NCBI GenBank assembly: GCA_039096225.1
Contig: JBBPEB010000034.1
Coordinates: forward strand, 744,001-808,000
Reading direction: 5' to 3'
Source: Blastocystis sp. Blastoise
Lineage: Eukaryota; Protista; Bigyra: Opalinata
Length of the DNA stretch: 64,000 nt
Shown: positions 1-19,572 of the stretch, piece by piece
How positions within the stretch are numbered: position 1 is the stretch's first letter
Layout: each line of letters starts with the position of its first letter
Program-made: the position numbers and the translations under genes
Notes under the pieces: generated by a model
What the model was told of the DNA's origin: nothing
Databases searched by the model: none
The model's input: only the letters and a program-made list of their open reading frames with translations

Positions 1-589
1 GTAGCCGATAAGAGAGAAGACAACAAGGAGACCGAGACGGATACATATATATTGAGGATGAGTAATAAAGGCAGAATTCTGAGTCATAGGACCTATAATA
101 ATAATTATTATTATTATCATATATATTTATTAGAATAATAATAATATATAAAAAAAGATGATGATGTTAATAATATTAATTAGAATAGTATAAATGAATT
201 AGATATACCATATTTGGTTTCAAGTACTTCAGCAATACTCATATAATAGACAGGGAAGTTACCGAGAAGAGTAATATCCATACAAAGATTCACAATCACA
301 GTATATACAGCATCTCCAGGTAAATTATTCAAAATAACATCCTTTACACCACCTATATATATATGAATAATATATATATATGAATAATATATATTGAATA
401 ATATATATGAATAATATATATATAGAATAATATAAATATACTTTCACTATTAATAAAGAGACCACATAGACCGATACCGAGTATAAGATACATAAGAGTA
501 ACAACATCAACAGCAAAATGAGTAGCTTTCATACCTTTATCGACTTTGGAGGGATGGATACGAGTCTATGGAGGGGAGGGAATAGAGAA

Positions 590-636
<47 letters not shown>

Positions 637-1740
637 AAAAATAAATATAATAATAATAATAATATACGAAAAGAGAGAGGAAAACAGGCATATAAGCAAG
701 AGAGAAGACGATAATACCGAGATGAGAGAAGAACCCTGAGGCAGATTCAGGGAACCAGAGAGAAGAAGGAATAGCAAAAGGGAAATTAGCAAAACCATAA
801 ATGAAAAGAATGATGAAGGAGAGAGCTAAAGCAAATAAACCGAAAGAAGATAAGAATACTACTACCTTGATATTACTAAGAAGAAGAGCTACTCCAAGAA
901 TGACAGTAATAAATAAATGTACATATAAATGACTATTATTTACATTAGGCCAAAAGAAATTGAATACAACATCACTAAATTGTACCATAACAATAAGAAT
1001 ACCAATTTGGAAACCAAATAAAGTTAATAAGAAACAAAATAAGAAACAACCATAACCCACTTTACCAAGAACCTATAGTATATTATTATTATTATTAATT
1101 ATAGTATAATAATAAATATTATATAATAATAATAAACACAATAAACATGATAATAATAAACAAAATAAATATAATATAATATAATATACAGCATAAGCTA
1201 ATCTTCCAAAAGCAGAAGGTGAATTCATTCCTTTAAGTAAATTAGGCTATATATATAATCATTATAAAATTAAAAAAAAAATAAAAAAAAAAATACATGT
1301 AAATTCATATAAACATTTAATTTTGATAATTGCCATGAACTATAGCAATTCCATAAAGCGAAAATAACATAAAGAATAATTGTGGGAACAATACCAATTT
1401 TCTGAACAGCAAATGGAAGAGCTAAGGATCCAGTACCGAGAATAGCTTTCATAAGACTAATAATATATTGTCCAATAGTATATGTTTGTTCTTCTTTTTT
1501 AGTAGGTTTTTTCTTTTTAATCTCCTCTTGTTGTTCTTCAATTTCTTTCTCTTTAGGAGATATATCATTATTGACACTGTCAGCATGTTCAAGACCAGTG
1601 ACAACAGCAGTATCAGGAATATCAAGACCTACCTTGAGTTTATCATCAGTTTCATTGTTATTCATAACTCCTTCCTTATCAACTTCAGATTTCAGAGAAT
1701 CTTCATTTTCATTAGAAGGTCCATTATTTTCTGTATTCAT
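1..1740 (-). CDS. Amino acid transporter (Aa_trans/SLC36-SLC38-like); 3' end runs off the window; at least 5 GT-AG introns
   Basis: Acidic N-tail, then 'SLMKAILGTGSLALPFAVQKIG' (TM1 motif of the AAAP family). Later exons splice in frame to 'FFSHLGIIVFSLAYMPVF', 'GVKDVILNNLP' and 'GNFPVYYMSIAEVLE'. Confidence 0.85.
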
Positions 1741-2869
1741 CTTCGGTATAGTCTAATAACAGAATAGAGAAACAAAAACTAATAGATAATACTTACATTT
1801 TGTTATAGATATAAAAGAAATATTAAAAACGACAATTTTTCTTTGATTTTTTAGAAGTCATTTTCCCAAAAAACAGAAAACAAAAAAACCAATGAACCCA
1901 ACTGTGGAAATACGAGAAACTCCTTTTATGGAAAAGTAACGATATTCATGGGGATTTTAAAGAATGATGAGATTTTCTTAAGATATTAATGTATTTTTCC
2001 CATCAATAAATAGAAATGCATTTCTAGATTTCCCAATCATAAAAGAGAATCAAATAAAAGAATATTAATTAACCAATCATATGCACCAGAAGTTTCTAGA
2101 CATTTCTCGTTTTTCATGTTGAAGAGAAACACGGCATTTCCAAATATATGAATGGAGAAATAAGGGAATTCCACAATTATTCTGTGTTTGATTCAACTTG
2201 AAAGTCGTTATTGTATTCGTGTTTCCAAATAAATTAACAAATAAAATGTTCATTTTTTCTTTTCTTCTTTTCTCCATTTCATTTCATTATATTCTACCAT
2301 TAATTTCATTATATTTTATTAATTTATTTATTAAATAGAAAAACCATTTAAACTTTATGAATGATTTATTATTATTCCTTTTATTATTTGTTTTTAAAGT
2401 CCTTTTCTCAAACAGACATTTAAGAAATCGTTTTTTTTTTCATTAATTCTATTACAGATCAATAAAAGCTTGATTCTATTATACTGTGAAAATTAGTTTT
2501 TAGGATATGTTTGATAATAGAAATTTTTATGAATGAAGAGTGTAATTATTGGCTATTTACGAATCATTTACTGTTAGGTAGATGTTTGTGATCACAAAAT
2601 ATTGTATTTAAACTGATATGATGATAAGCATTGTCTTGAAATGTTAATTTTGAAGAATAGTGGAAATAATTTTCTAAAATAAAATTAAAATTGATTTGTT
2701 TAAGAAAATAAAATAGCAAAAAACAAATATTCTTTATAAAACTATAAAATAATGACTATTTTCAACCCAAATGTATTAATGTATTAAAACAAATATAGAA
2801 GAATGATTGTAAACAAATGTACATATATATATGGTAAATAGAGTATGGAATATCTAAAAAAAATATAAT

Positions 2870-5791
<2,922 letters not shown>

Positions 5792-6102
5792 TTTATAATC
5801 TAAAGTTATCCAATAAAATAGTTCATTATGTAAATAAAAGCATATTAAATAGAAATTATAGATAAATAAAGAAAACTATATACATTATTCACGTTAAATT
5901 GATAAAAGAAATTGTAAACCTTCTTTTATAAAAATTCTTTATGAGAAATAAGAATGTAAAGTCATTTTTTGTTTAAATGAAATCTATGATAACCAAGAAA
6001 AAAAAATCACTTTTCTTCTTTTTTCTTTGTTTTTATTATTTCTTTGCTTTTCTTCAAGAGTTTTTTTCTAATATCGATTTAAACCACTCTTCTTGATAGA
6101 AA

Positions 6103-9261
<3,159 letters not shown>

Positions 9262-9532
9262 AAATATATAGATTTCTTATAGTTTATTCATAATATAAAA
9301 AGATTTCTTAATACTAATTTTGTATTGTTTGAAATAAACATTTAAGAATAGATAAAAATTAATAACAAAACAAATAATATATGAATGCTAAGAATAATAT
9401 ATAAGACACCATTAAATTGCAGATATATATATATTTTAGAATAGTACAAAACCCCAAAAAATTTATAATATTCTTAATGAAGTTTAAATATATTAGAATT
9501 TTTCACAATATCTAAAAAATAAATTCTTAGAT

Positions 9533-11215
9533 TTAGAATCCTAAGAAACCAAGTTCTTCCTTTTCTTTCTTGAAGATTTCGAAATATTGGAAGATGATGG
9601 TAACAGCGAGAAGAATACCAGTACCAGAACCAATAGCACCAACGAAATCGGCGAAGATAGTAAGAGCACCAATACAGAAACCACCGAAGGAAGCAGCAGT
9701 AGGAATATACTTGTTAAGGACAGTGTAAAGAGAAGAATCTCTGTAACCCTTAATGACCATGTTTTCATTACGAAGTTGTTTAGCAACATCACGAGCAGAA
9801 GAACCAGAGAATTCAATCCAAGCACGAGAAATAGCAGCACAAGCAACAAGAGTGAAAGTAGTATAGATAATAGTTCTAATAGGATCACTAATACCTTCAG
9901 TAAGAGAAGCAGGAGCAGTTAAATAATAAGCTAAACCACCAACAGGTCTATTATATTGTTCTTGAGCAGACCATTTACCAAGAAGATCAACTAAGAAATT
10001 ACCAGCCCATTTACGAGATAACATTTGAGAAATAATGTAGACATTAGACATGAATGAAGAGATGATAATAATAGGAGTATTAGAAGTGTAGAAGAGTTTA
10101 ATGGGATAAGTACCTTGTTGACCTCTATACTTTTGGTTCTTAACAGGGAGTTCAACACGGAATCCTTGGAAGTAAACGACAACGAAGAAGACAAGAACAG
10201 TAGCAAGAAGGTTAGTAATATTAGGAAGATTAGGACGATAGAAAGCATAACGAAGAGCACGAATCTTATCCTTACGAGTAATAAGAAGATGGAAAAGAGC
10301 AATGATAGCACCTTCGAATTCATTACCACGACCACTGTTAATAGTTTGAGGAGAGAAAGCCTTCCACATAACAGTTTCACAGATGTTAGTAGCAATGAAA
10401 AGAGAAATACCAGAACCTAAACCATAACCTTTTTGTAACATTTCATCTAAAAGAAGAACAATGATACCAGCAAAGGAAAGTTGAAGAACAAGAAGAAGGC
10501 AAGTAATGAAACCAAGTTCAGAAGCAGGACCATACATACCAGAAACAACATAAACAATAGCTTGACCAATAGTAAGAATGATACCAAAGAGTTTTTGAGC
10601 ACCTTCAAAAAGCATTTGATCTTCCTTTACAGAAGGATCATAAACAATAAATTTAATACCAGCAAGGAGTTGCATAATCATAGAAGAAGTAACAATAGGA
10701 GAAATACCTAATTCCATAAGAGAACCTCTATATAGATATATGTATATTTATATTGTATAAAAATGTTATTAAATAAAATAGCATTATTATTTATTATAAA
10801 AAATAAAATAAAATTATATTACATACCTATTGGAAGCCATGATAGCACGAATCCAATATAAAGGATCAGAAGAAGAAGAGTTGGTAATACCATAAAGAGG
10901 AATTTGGCAACAAACTAAATAGATGAATAAAGCAACAACAGTCCAAAGGGCTCTTTCACGGAAAGGAACCTAAAAAAAAAATCATTTTATAAGGAATTTA
11001 ATTTTTATAGTAACAAAGAAATCAAAAGAAAATTTAAGCAATTGTAAATCAAGTATAAATATAGGGTAAATATAAATAAATATATACTTTCTTAGTAGGT
11101 TCCTTAACTTCAGGGACAAATCCCATAAAAGGCTTTAAAGCTTGAAGAATATTAACTAGAGAATAAAGATAATAAGATCATAAGAAGAATAAATTATTAT
11201 AAATTGCATACACAT
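9533..11215 (-). CDS. SEC61A: Sec61 alpha subunit; 3 introns at the 5' end, then a ~1.2-kb terminal exon
   Basis: '[11 protein letters not shown]', '[28 protein letters not shown]', '[10 protein letters not shown]', '[16 protein letters not shown]'. Confidence 0.98.
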
Positions 11216-11485
11216 ATCTATAACGTAGAAAATTAATAAACAAAACAGATAATGTAATGCTCTGTACTTTGATTTATTTTTTTGAAAAACATTTCATTAT
11301 TATTATTGTTCCATGTGGTTCTTTCATACATTTTTCAAGTATAATTTTTCAAACTGTGTATTTTGAAATTTTATTATATTTTTTCTATAGTAGAACCATC
11401 AAAGAATAATATTATCCAATCAGAACGAAGGTATTCCAGAATAGCATCATGGAAACGCTCTCGCGGGAATAAAGTAGAAATATTG

Positions 11486-11627
11486 GGGATAATTTATGCT
11501 CAGCATAGTATGACGAAAAAATTCATGCTCAGCATAGTATGGCCAATAGGCTACCCGCCTATTGGCCTGGTCTACTATGCATACTCTAAAGAAAACACCT
11601 TCTACTATGCTGAGTGTGAATTACGCC
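11486..11627. mobile_element. 142-bp non-autonomous foldback/MULE-like MITE
   Basis: 25-bp terminal inverted repeats, 20/25 identical (GGGATAATTTATGCTCAGCATAGTA ... TACTATGCTGAGTGTGAATTACGCC). Flanked by the exact 10-bp direct repeat AGAAATATTG (11476-11485 and 11628-11637). Central perfect 11-bp hairpin at 11541-11567. Confidence 0.7.
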
Positions 11628-12735
11628 AGAAATATTGATATCTCTCTATAAATTCATGGTTTTTCTATTAGAATTGAGAAACGGAAGCTTATTGAGATAA
11701 TTGTAGGAATTTATTTTGTTTCTGAGGAATTTCAGTGATTTCCTGTTTTTGACGTCTTTTGTCTTTCATGAAGGAGAATACATCATAACTTGAGCCAATC
11801 AAACGAAGAATTCTCATTTTTGCCATTTCATCCCATTTGTTGATGCTTTGGATTCCATGAATAACATCTTTCAAAACACAATCTGACTATTATCTCAATA
11901 ATGATTAGGAATTAAGAAGAAATGAATATCAATTTATATATAGAAATCGTTAAGTTACTCAAACATCGATGATTTATTTGATAAATAAGTTGTAGATGTA
12001 ATTGTGTGAAGAATTGTTGTTTGAATATTGATAAAATATTCAGAACGAATGTTGCTGTGAATTTATGATCATATGAAGAATTAAATAAGTAAAATAAAAC
12101 GTATATGTGACACATTAGTCGAGCCAAAGTCTTTTAATTTGTGATTTCATATATTGTTTTTTAATGAAGAATTGGTTGTATAGGCATACAAAATAAGTAA
12201 CAAATATTTTAAAGAAGTAAATGGAATTATTTGTTTCTCGAGTAACGAGTAATTAAAATATTTGCATAGTACAAAGCATATCATACATAGCAATGACGAA
12301 AAATAAAAAAAGAAATGCTCAAATAGAAAGAATGAATCATAATTGACATTCACTTTTTGTGTATAAAAGGTAAAATATAACTATAGATGATAAACATTCA
12401 ATGCTATTTGCAATGGATATTTTTTTGTTATTTTCTATATGCTTTAGCAGGCTTAAAAAAATAAATATTTTTAAAATAAAACAATACTATATTTACGCTA
12501 ATAAATATATATATCATTAAAACCATTGCAAGTCAAAGAAGATGGATTATATATAAAAAAGAATGAAAATGAAAAGAAAAAATAAGAAAGACTTACAGAT
12601 GATGATTTTAGAGAGATAAATAACTCATAAATATGACACCCATATATTGGATAATAAGAAAAGAAACATAGTAAACATCAAATATACACGTAAACCATAA
12701 ATTATGAACAATGAACGAATATGAAAAACAAGCAA

Positions 12736-12743
12736 AACAAACA
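12736..12743 (-). terminator. TGTTTGTT putative 3'-end/polyadenylation element
   Basis: 32 nt downstream of the PEF stop, on the coding strand. Confidence 0.55.
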
Positions 12744-12774
12744 AATTGAAAGATAAATAATTCGAATAATATGT

Positions 12775-14030
12775 TTATCTTCTACAGGAGAAGATAATAT
12801 CAGTTAATTGAGTTAAATCTACATTAATAACACCTCTATGTTGAGTATCATATTGTTGGAAGGTGTAAGATACTAATTGAATCTCACACATAATCTATAT
12901 ATTTAGGAAATAATTAAATGAATAATAAATATAATAAATATAAATATAATAATAATAAATATAAATAATAAATATAAATAATAAATATAATTACATATAT
13001 ATATATACTTGAATAAATTCATCAAATTCCATAGTACCACTACGATCTGAATCAGAAGAATTAAAAATAGTATGAACAACATTATCAGGGAAATTGTAAC
13101 TAAATATAATATATTCATTATTATTCAGTATTTATAATAAACAATAAATTAAAATAATATAACATAAATATTAAAAAAAAATAAATATAAATAAATATAA
13201 ATATAATAATAATAAAAAAAAATAGCATACCCAACTTGTCTTAAAGCAGTTTTGAATTCATTTTCATCGATAGCACCACTATGATCTGAATCAAAATAAT
13301 CATAAGTTTTCTATATATATATATATATATATATAAATACACTATAATATAAATAAATATACTTTCCATTGCCAAACTTCAGAAATTAATTGTTGAAATT
13401 CTTGAAAGTTAATCATATTACTATATATATATAAATAATAATGAATTTTATTTAAAAATAATGAATAATATATATACTCATGATTAAAATCATATTTAGA
13501 TAATAATAGGAAAACAGTAGACATATTAAAACGAAGACCACCAGAAGATAAAGCAGATTGTAATTCTCTACCATCTAAAGTACCACTATATGTAACATAA
13601 TAGTATAATAAATCGAATCAAATAGAAGAGAAATACAAAAAAAAAATAAATGTTAAAAAAAATAGTGTAAATAGTGTTATAAAAAAAAACTTCACTTACT
13701 TGTGATCTGTATCGACAGCAGAAAAGAGACCATATGCATTAGGTTCTTGAGAAGCTTGAGTTGAATAAATAGAATTTGTAGTTTGTCTATATTGTGAAGA
13801 ATAAATATTATTTGATGCTTGAGGAGTAGCTTGAGCTTGAGTAGCTATAAAAAATAAATATTAAAAAAGATAAATAGAATACAAAACATACATAGAGTTA
13901 AAACAGTTCTACATTGAGGACACTAAAGAAACAATAGTGAATTGAAATGTTGTTACAAAATTACTTGAAACTGGTTGCATCCATTAGGAACAGCCATTTC
14001 TAAACCACAATTAGGACAACGAACAGACAT
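12775..14030 (-). CDS. Penta-EF-hand protein (peflin/ALG-2-like) with N-terminal CxxC-x14-CxxC zinc ribbon, 8 exons
   Basis: MSVRCPNCGLEMAVPNGCNQFQCPQCR; EF hands 'FSAVDTDHNGTLDGRELQSAL', 'FDSDHSGAIDENEFKTAL', 'DSDRSGTMEFDEFIQ', 'FQQYDTQHRGVI'. Confidence 0.88.
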
Positions 14031-15318
14031 CACTTATATAAAGTTTATGAATAAATAAAATAAATCAATAAGACAATTTTTTTTCATTCTTTCTTTTTAG
14101 CAAATAACTCGACTTGAAATAGAAGTTTTGATTCCTATAAAAAAGGATTTGTTTCTATGAATACCCAATAAAAGACGAATGTTTGCGGGTATTTTAATGA
14201 TTTGTCAGGTTTATGAGAAAAAACTAGAGATATAAAAATTGAGAATTCGATAGAATAATCTATTCGATTTTTTTGTCTTGGTAATTGGTCTCTTTCTTAT
14301 TATATACAACTTATTGAGGGGACTATATTATAGAATTATTATATATACAGAAGTTTATTTAAGGACATTTCTTATTTTATGTATCCTAAGATTTTGTTCA
14401 TTTTGTGTTTCCAGTTTGTTTTTGATTGTTTCACTTTTTCTTTTTAGGTATACGTTTATATAGGATGTATCGATATTAGTAATAGAATGATTTACAAATA
14501 CTATCCTATATGATGGAACATAATGTAAACTATAATGAAGATTATTAAGAAATTAATTTTGCTTTTCTTGAAATAAATAATCATTACATGTATAGAAAAA
14601 TCAATAAAATAAATTTATAGATATACAATAAAATAGAATTCAACTAAGTAAAGATTGTTTTGAATAAGTGTGTGTTAAACATGATATTCAAGATTCTTAT
14701 TATGATTATTTATAATGATAATATCGCGACTATATATAATTTTTATTCATAATATATAATAAATGACTTTCAATCCACAATCAATTAAAGAAAAGTGTGG
14801 GTTTCTTTTTGTGATTTAATATTGAAAGATACAGCAATGTCTTCAAATAAAAAAAGTAGAGTATATTTGAATTCTTAGTCAAATTCGTATGTAAAAGCAA
14901 CAAATAAAAAATAATACTGAATACTATTATTCTGAATTCTCCTGTGTTTCTTTGAGATTCCCATAAAAAGTAATAATTTTTTCTTAGTGAGTTATTTGTT
15001 TTATTACAAAGAATTAATCTTCTATTCGTTTCTTAATAGAATCATAAACAACTGAAAAATACAGAAATATTTTGAATTCTTAAAAAGTCTCATTTGTATA
15101 TAATTATTGATCAAAATTCTTTAAAATTATGTATTTTTCCATTTATAATAAGTTCCAAATATATTTTTAGAATATAGGTTATTAATTATATTCATCAAAA
15201 AATGAAGAAAAAGTATGTTTTTTTTATTTCTGTTAAATCCTCTTTAGTAATAATAAGAAAGAAAGTTTCAAAATAAGTATTATAATTAAATATATTAATG
15301 AAACTAATAGATATAGAT

Positions 15319-16797
15319 ATGAATGATGAAAAGGCAATTTCTTTTGGGTATGTCTTTTTTTTTTGTCATAATATATATATATTTAGTGGTGAAGGAGTAA
15401 TTAATATTGAATCTTATGTGAATCAGCCTTCAAAGTTGAAATCTAGTTCAAGTTTATCTGTTGATAGTGATCATTGCACAAAACTCAATATAGAACCGTT
15501 ACAACTGTCTATACCTAGAGAACCATTCAATATTTATCTTGCTAAAACATCTAAAGCAACTACAACGTATATAATGTTTATTATATAGATTATATTTATT
15601 ATTATCATACCTTTTTTTATTATTTCTTTCAGTAATTGTTTTTTATATATTTATGATATTTATAATAATGTTATTATTTTTTTATTTATTTAATATAATG
15701 TATAAACTATATTTTATCTTCTATAGGTCTTATCATGATGTATGTTACTCTATATATATCTATATATATAAATATATTAATAGTATATATCAAAAATATT
15801 TACATCGGATGAGTTCTCCTTATGGTCAAAAACGAAATCTATATATAAAGAAAGTAGTCATTTAAGAGCTATATTCTTCTCCTCTGTATATAATATATTA
15901 TATATATTATATTATATATATTATATTATATATATTATATATATTATATACCATTTAAATTAATTCTGTATTGAATAATTAATTGAATATATTATAATAT
16001 TATATAAATAAAATAAATATATATTATTTCTAGTGTGTTTATTTTATTCTGTTTTTTATTTTCTGTGCATCTGATTATTATATTCGTTCTTGGTACTCTT
16101 TTCTTATTCTATTCATTCATTTTATTGGTCTATTCATGGTTTATTCGATACTTAACCATTATGAAAAGAATCTTAATCCAATATCCTTTCATAAATATAT
16201 ATATATAATTATAATTATATACTTTTTATGTTTTATTCTTCTTGTAATAATTTCACAATTGATATATATATCATATTTATTATATATCATATTTATCATA
16301 TATCATATTTATCATATTATATATATATAAATAAATATAGAACTCCTTTCCTTAATACTATTATGTCTTCTATACTTTCATCGTCATCATTATATTCACA
16401 TTATTTTTCATCTTCCTCTCCTTCTCTTATTCAAATTCATATATAAAATCAGCTACTGATGATAATACTCTAGATACTATTATTCCTCTTGATAAACAAA
16501 TATACTTATTTATATTTGGTATTATTCTATTTACTATTCTTGATTTCTTTGTTTTTATACATATTCGAGCCATTCGTAAAGTATCCATTCAAAATAGAAG
16601 ATGTATGTTTATTATTATTAGCTACATAGCTCATTTCATAGATCCATATTGAATATTTTCTTTTTTATACATTTATGTTCTATATTTTTTATAAATTTTA
16701 TTTTAATTTTTTTTTAATATGTATAGTATATATGAAACATCAAGAACTTATTCCTTTATTGAATCAATATCATGAGTATTATATTAAATCTAATTAA
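15319..16797 (+). CDS. Hypothetical multi-pass (~4 TM) membrane protein containing a U12-type intron
   Basis: Exons splice into hydrophobic stretches (CVYFILFFIFC, FLILFIHFIGLFMV, FYTFIVIIIFTLFFIFL, IYLFIFGIILFTILDFFVFI). The start codon and one acceptor are uncertain. Confidence 0.55.
16181..16364 (+). other. U12-type intron (AT donor; acceptor AC at 16358, AT at 16364 or AC at 16375)
   Basis: Donor ATATCCTTT at 16181; branch site TTCCTTAAT at 16348-16356. No GT donor precedes the AT-rich tract. Confidence 0.7.
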
Positions 16798-16950
16798 AAA
16801 TCGTTTTTTAGTATTGCATTCTTTAGAATCGATTCTTTTATGAGTTTTAGCTTCTTTTTTTTATTAGAAAAACTTTTGCATCTTCTTTTTTACTATTTTG
16901 CTATTTTTTACAATAACTATTGATTCATAATAGTTTGGTAATCAGAAAAT

Positions 16951-17174
16951 TCATTTATTTAACCATTTCATAAGTTGATAAATCATACGGCATCCTTGTG
17001 GAGGTAACTATATAGTATATCTTTTTTCTAAAAACGGACAAAGTAAAATATTTGAACAATAAGTTTCTCAGATCTACATATAAAAATATACATAGTTAAG
17101 AGTCTATGCTTTGACTAATCAAATGAAATATTTATACATATGAATTTCGCCGTAGTCTTGAAAATAGGACTCAT
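16951..17174 (-). CDS. Possible ~43-aa three-exon small ORF divergent from RED/IK
   Basis: ATG at 17174; GTATAA..TAG and GTTTTT..TATATAG introns give MSPIFKTTAKFIYLRNLLFKYFTLSLPPQGCRMIYQLMKWLNK*. No recognisable homology. Confidence 0.3.
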
Positions 17175-17301
17175 AAATAAAAAAAGTAATTTTCTTGGAA
17201 ATTACTACTCTCCTTCTTTTTTTTCAAAATAAAACATGAAAATATTTTATTAACAATAAAACATTTTTTTTTTAATCAAAATTGTTTTACATCGTTTATA
17301 A

Positions 17302-19533
17302 ATGAGTAAGAAATTCAAATTCGGTGATTCTTCATTAATTAATAACAAAGTTTCTGATGATATTCGTCAACTTATCATTAAGGAAGATCAACGTGAGCAA
17401 GTGCGACAAAAAGTAAGTTTTCTGTTGCACGAGATTAATTAGAATATTAATTTGATCAATTAATATTAATATTCTTACTTTTTTTATAGAATCTTGAAGC
17501 CAAAAAGAAGAAATGGGAGGATAAGATGGCTCTCAAACAGAAAAAGAAGTTAGAGCGTGAAGAAAATATGCCAAAGTATCGTGATAGAGCGCAAGAGATT
17601 AAAACATTAGGATATGATATGGATTCTATTGGTATTAAGCCTGAGAATTATGATGAGTTAACTGTTGAAGAAACGAAACAATTAGGTGGTGATTTACTTC
17701 ATACTCATTTAGTCAAAGGTCTCGATACGATTCTATTAAGAAAAGTATTTCTTTTTTAATAGTAGTATTGATTGTGATAATTATATTTTCATTATTTATT
17801 TGTAGTAGTAATATATTATATATATTTTTTAAATAGTATTGATTATGTTTTTATGTTTTAATTCTTTATTTGTATTAGTAATATATTATATAATATAATA
17901 TATAATATAATATATAGAGACGTGAAGAACTTGAAAAAGAAATTGAAGAACAAAAACAAAAAGAAGCATCTGTATATATATATATATATATATATCAATT
18001 ATAAATACCTATATATTTAGGAACATGTTTTATCTGTAAAATCAGATATTGCGAAGCATATATATACATTTCTTACTAATAAGAATGACCATCGAAAGTA
18101 TATTTCTGTTATTTATGCATATATATTTAATAAGCCTTTTTTTTAAACTTATTTTATATATATTCTAATATATTGTTTGTTATATATATTTCAGTCATAT
18201 TTTATTATTATTATATAATAATTATTTATTATATTAAGATATAATATTTCTTATTATTCATTTATACTCTATATATATAGTAAAATACGTCAATTTTTCG
18301 CTCCTCATCGTTATACATATTCTATTTCATTTACTACTCCAGAAGAAGAAGAAGAAGAAGACCAATATACAGATTGGGATGAATTGAACCAAGATGGTTA
18401 TTTACACTCTATTCCACCCCTTATTGCACATAGGTATATATATACTATTAATATTTATTATATACGAAGTATAACTATATATTATTACATACTTTTATAT
18501 ACTATTCTATTGTATAAAAACAATATTACATATTTTATTATATTTCAAGAATACTTATACTATTAATTATATATGTATATTATATTTAGTAAATATGATT
18601 GTCCGGATCCCTCTTCTTATATGCGTCATTCCCTAACGGAAGAACAAATGAATCAGTTATCACAAACGTTGAAACTTGTTGGACAAGTATATATATATAC
18701 ATATATAAATTCTTGTAGATTACTCTATATGTATTATTATTATAACTATTATATATTTTTAGAGTTCTTTAAAAAAATCCAAAAAACGAAAGGAACAAAC
18801 TAAAGAAGTATAATGATACTATTATATATTTTTTTTATATATTTATATTTCGTTATATAAATATATTTTTATATATTTTTATATATTTTTATATATTTTT
18901 ATATATTTTTATATATTTCTATATATTTCTATATATTTTTATATATTTCTATATATTTCTATATATTTCTATATATATCCTTATAGGTTCCTAAGGTAAT
19001 TAAGCCTGTTGATGAAGATAATGATATCTTCTCAGAAGATGAGGAATATACTTATAAAGGCAAAGATAACCACGTGGAAAAGGAAGAGAATAAAGAGGAA
19101 ATAAAGACTACAGGTCCTTCTTTACCTAAAGTGTTATATAATGATATAAATGAAGAGAGTATTTCAAATGATTCAATAAAACCTTCTACTTCTAATATTT
19201 CAGATATCAAGAAGAATCCTATAAATACACATATAGAAGGAGAAGATATGGAGATCGATACTATAAATAATGATGATGACGATGATGACGTCATCGACTT
19301 TTCTAAAGCAAATCCTATTCTTTTAAATAAATTACTTAGTCAATCAAGGAAGAGTATATTTATATAGATACTATTTTAGTAGAATACTATGTTTTATATC
19401 TATTTTAGTATCATTCATGTTTATTATAATTGATTTTTTTTATTATTATTTATATAAGTTTTTCATGCTCATCAAAGTATTATTCTATTGATGATATATT
19501 TTCTAGTATACTATTGTTTTTCTATTTCTAAAT

Positions 19534-19572
<39 letters not shown>

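Noticed and set aside
9541-10711. Overlapping and antisense ORFs within SEC61A
   Set aside because: Shadows of biased codon usage in a long exon; no independent motifs.
11363-12353. Short ORFs around the MITE (11363-11638, 11689-11874, 11912-12127, 12147-12353)
   Set aside because: Mostly non-ATG starts, no recognisable domains and no consistent splice structure; the first simply crosses the MITE.
16944-17155. Possible RNase P/MRP or U6-like RNA (TACGGC/GCCGTA pairing, CACAAGGATG)
   Set aside because: Helix order does not fit P/MRP and there is no ACAGAGA box; the short matches are expected by chance.
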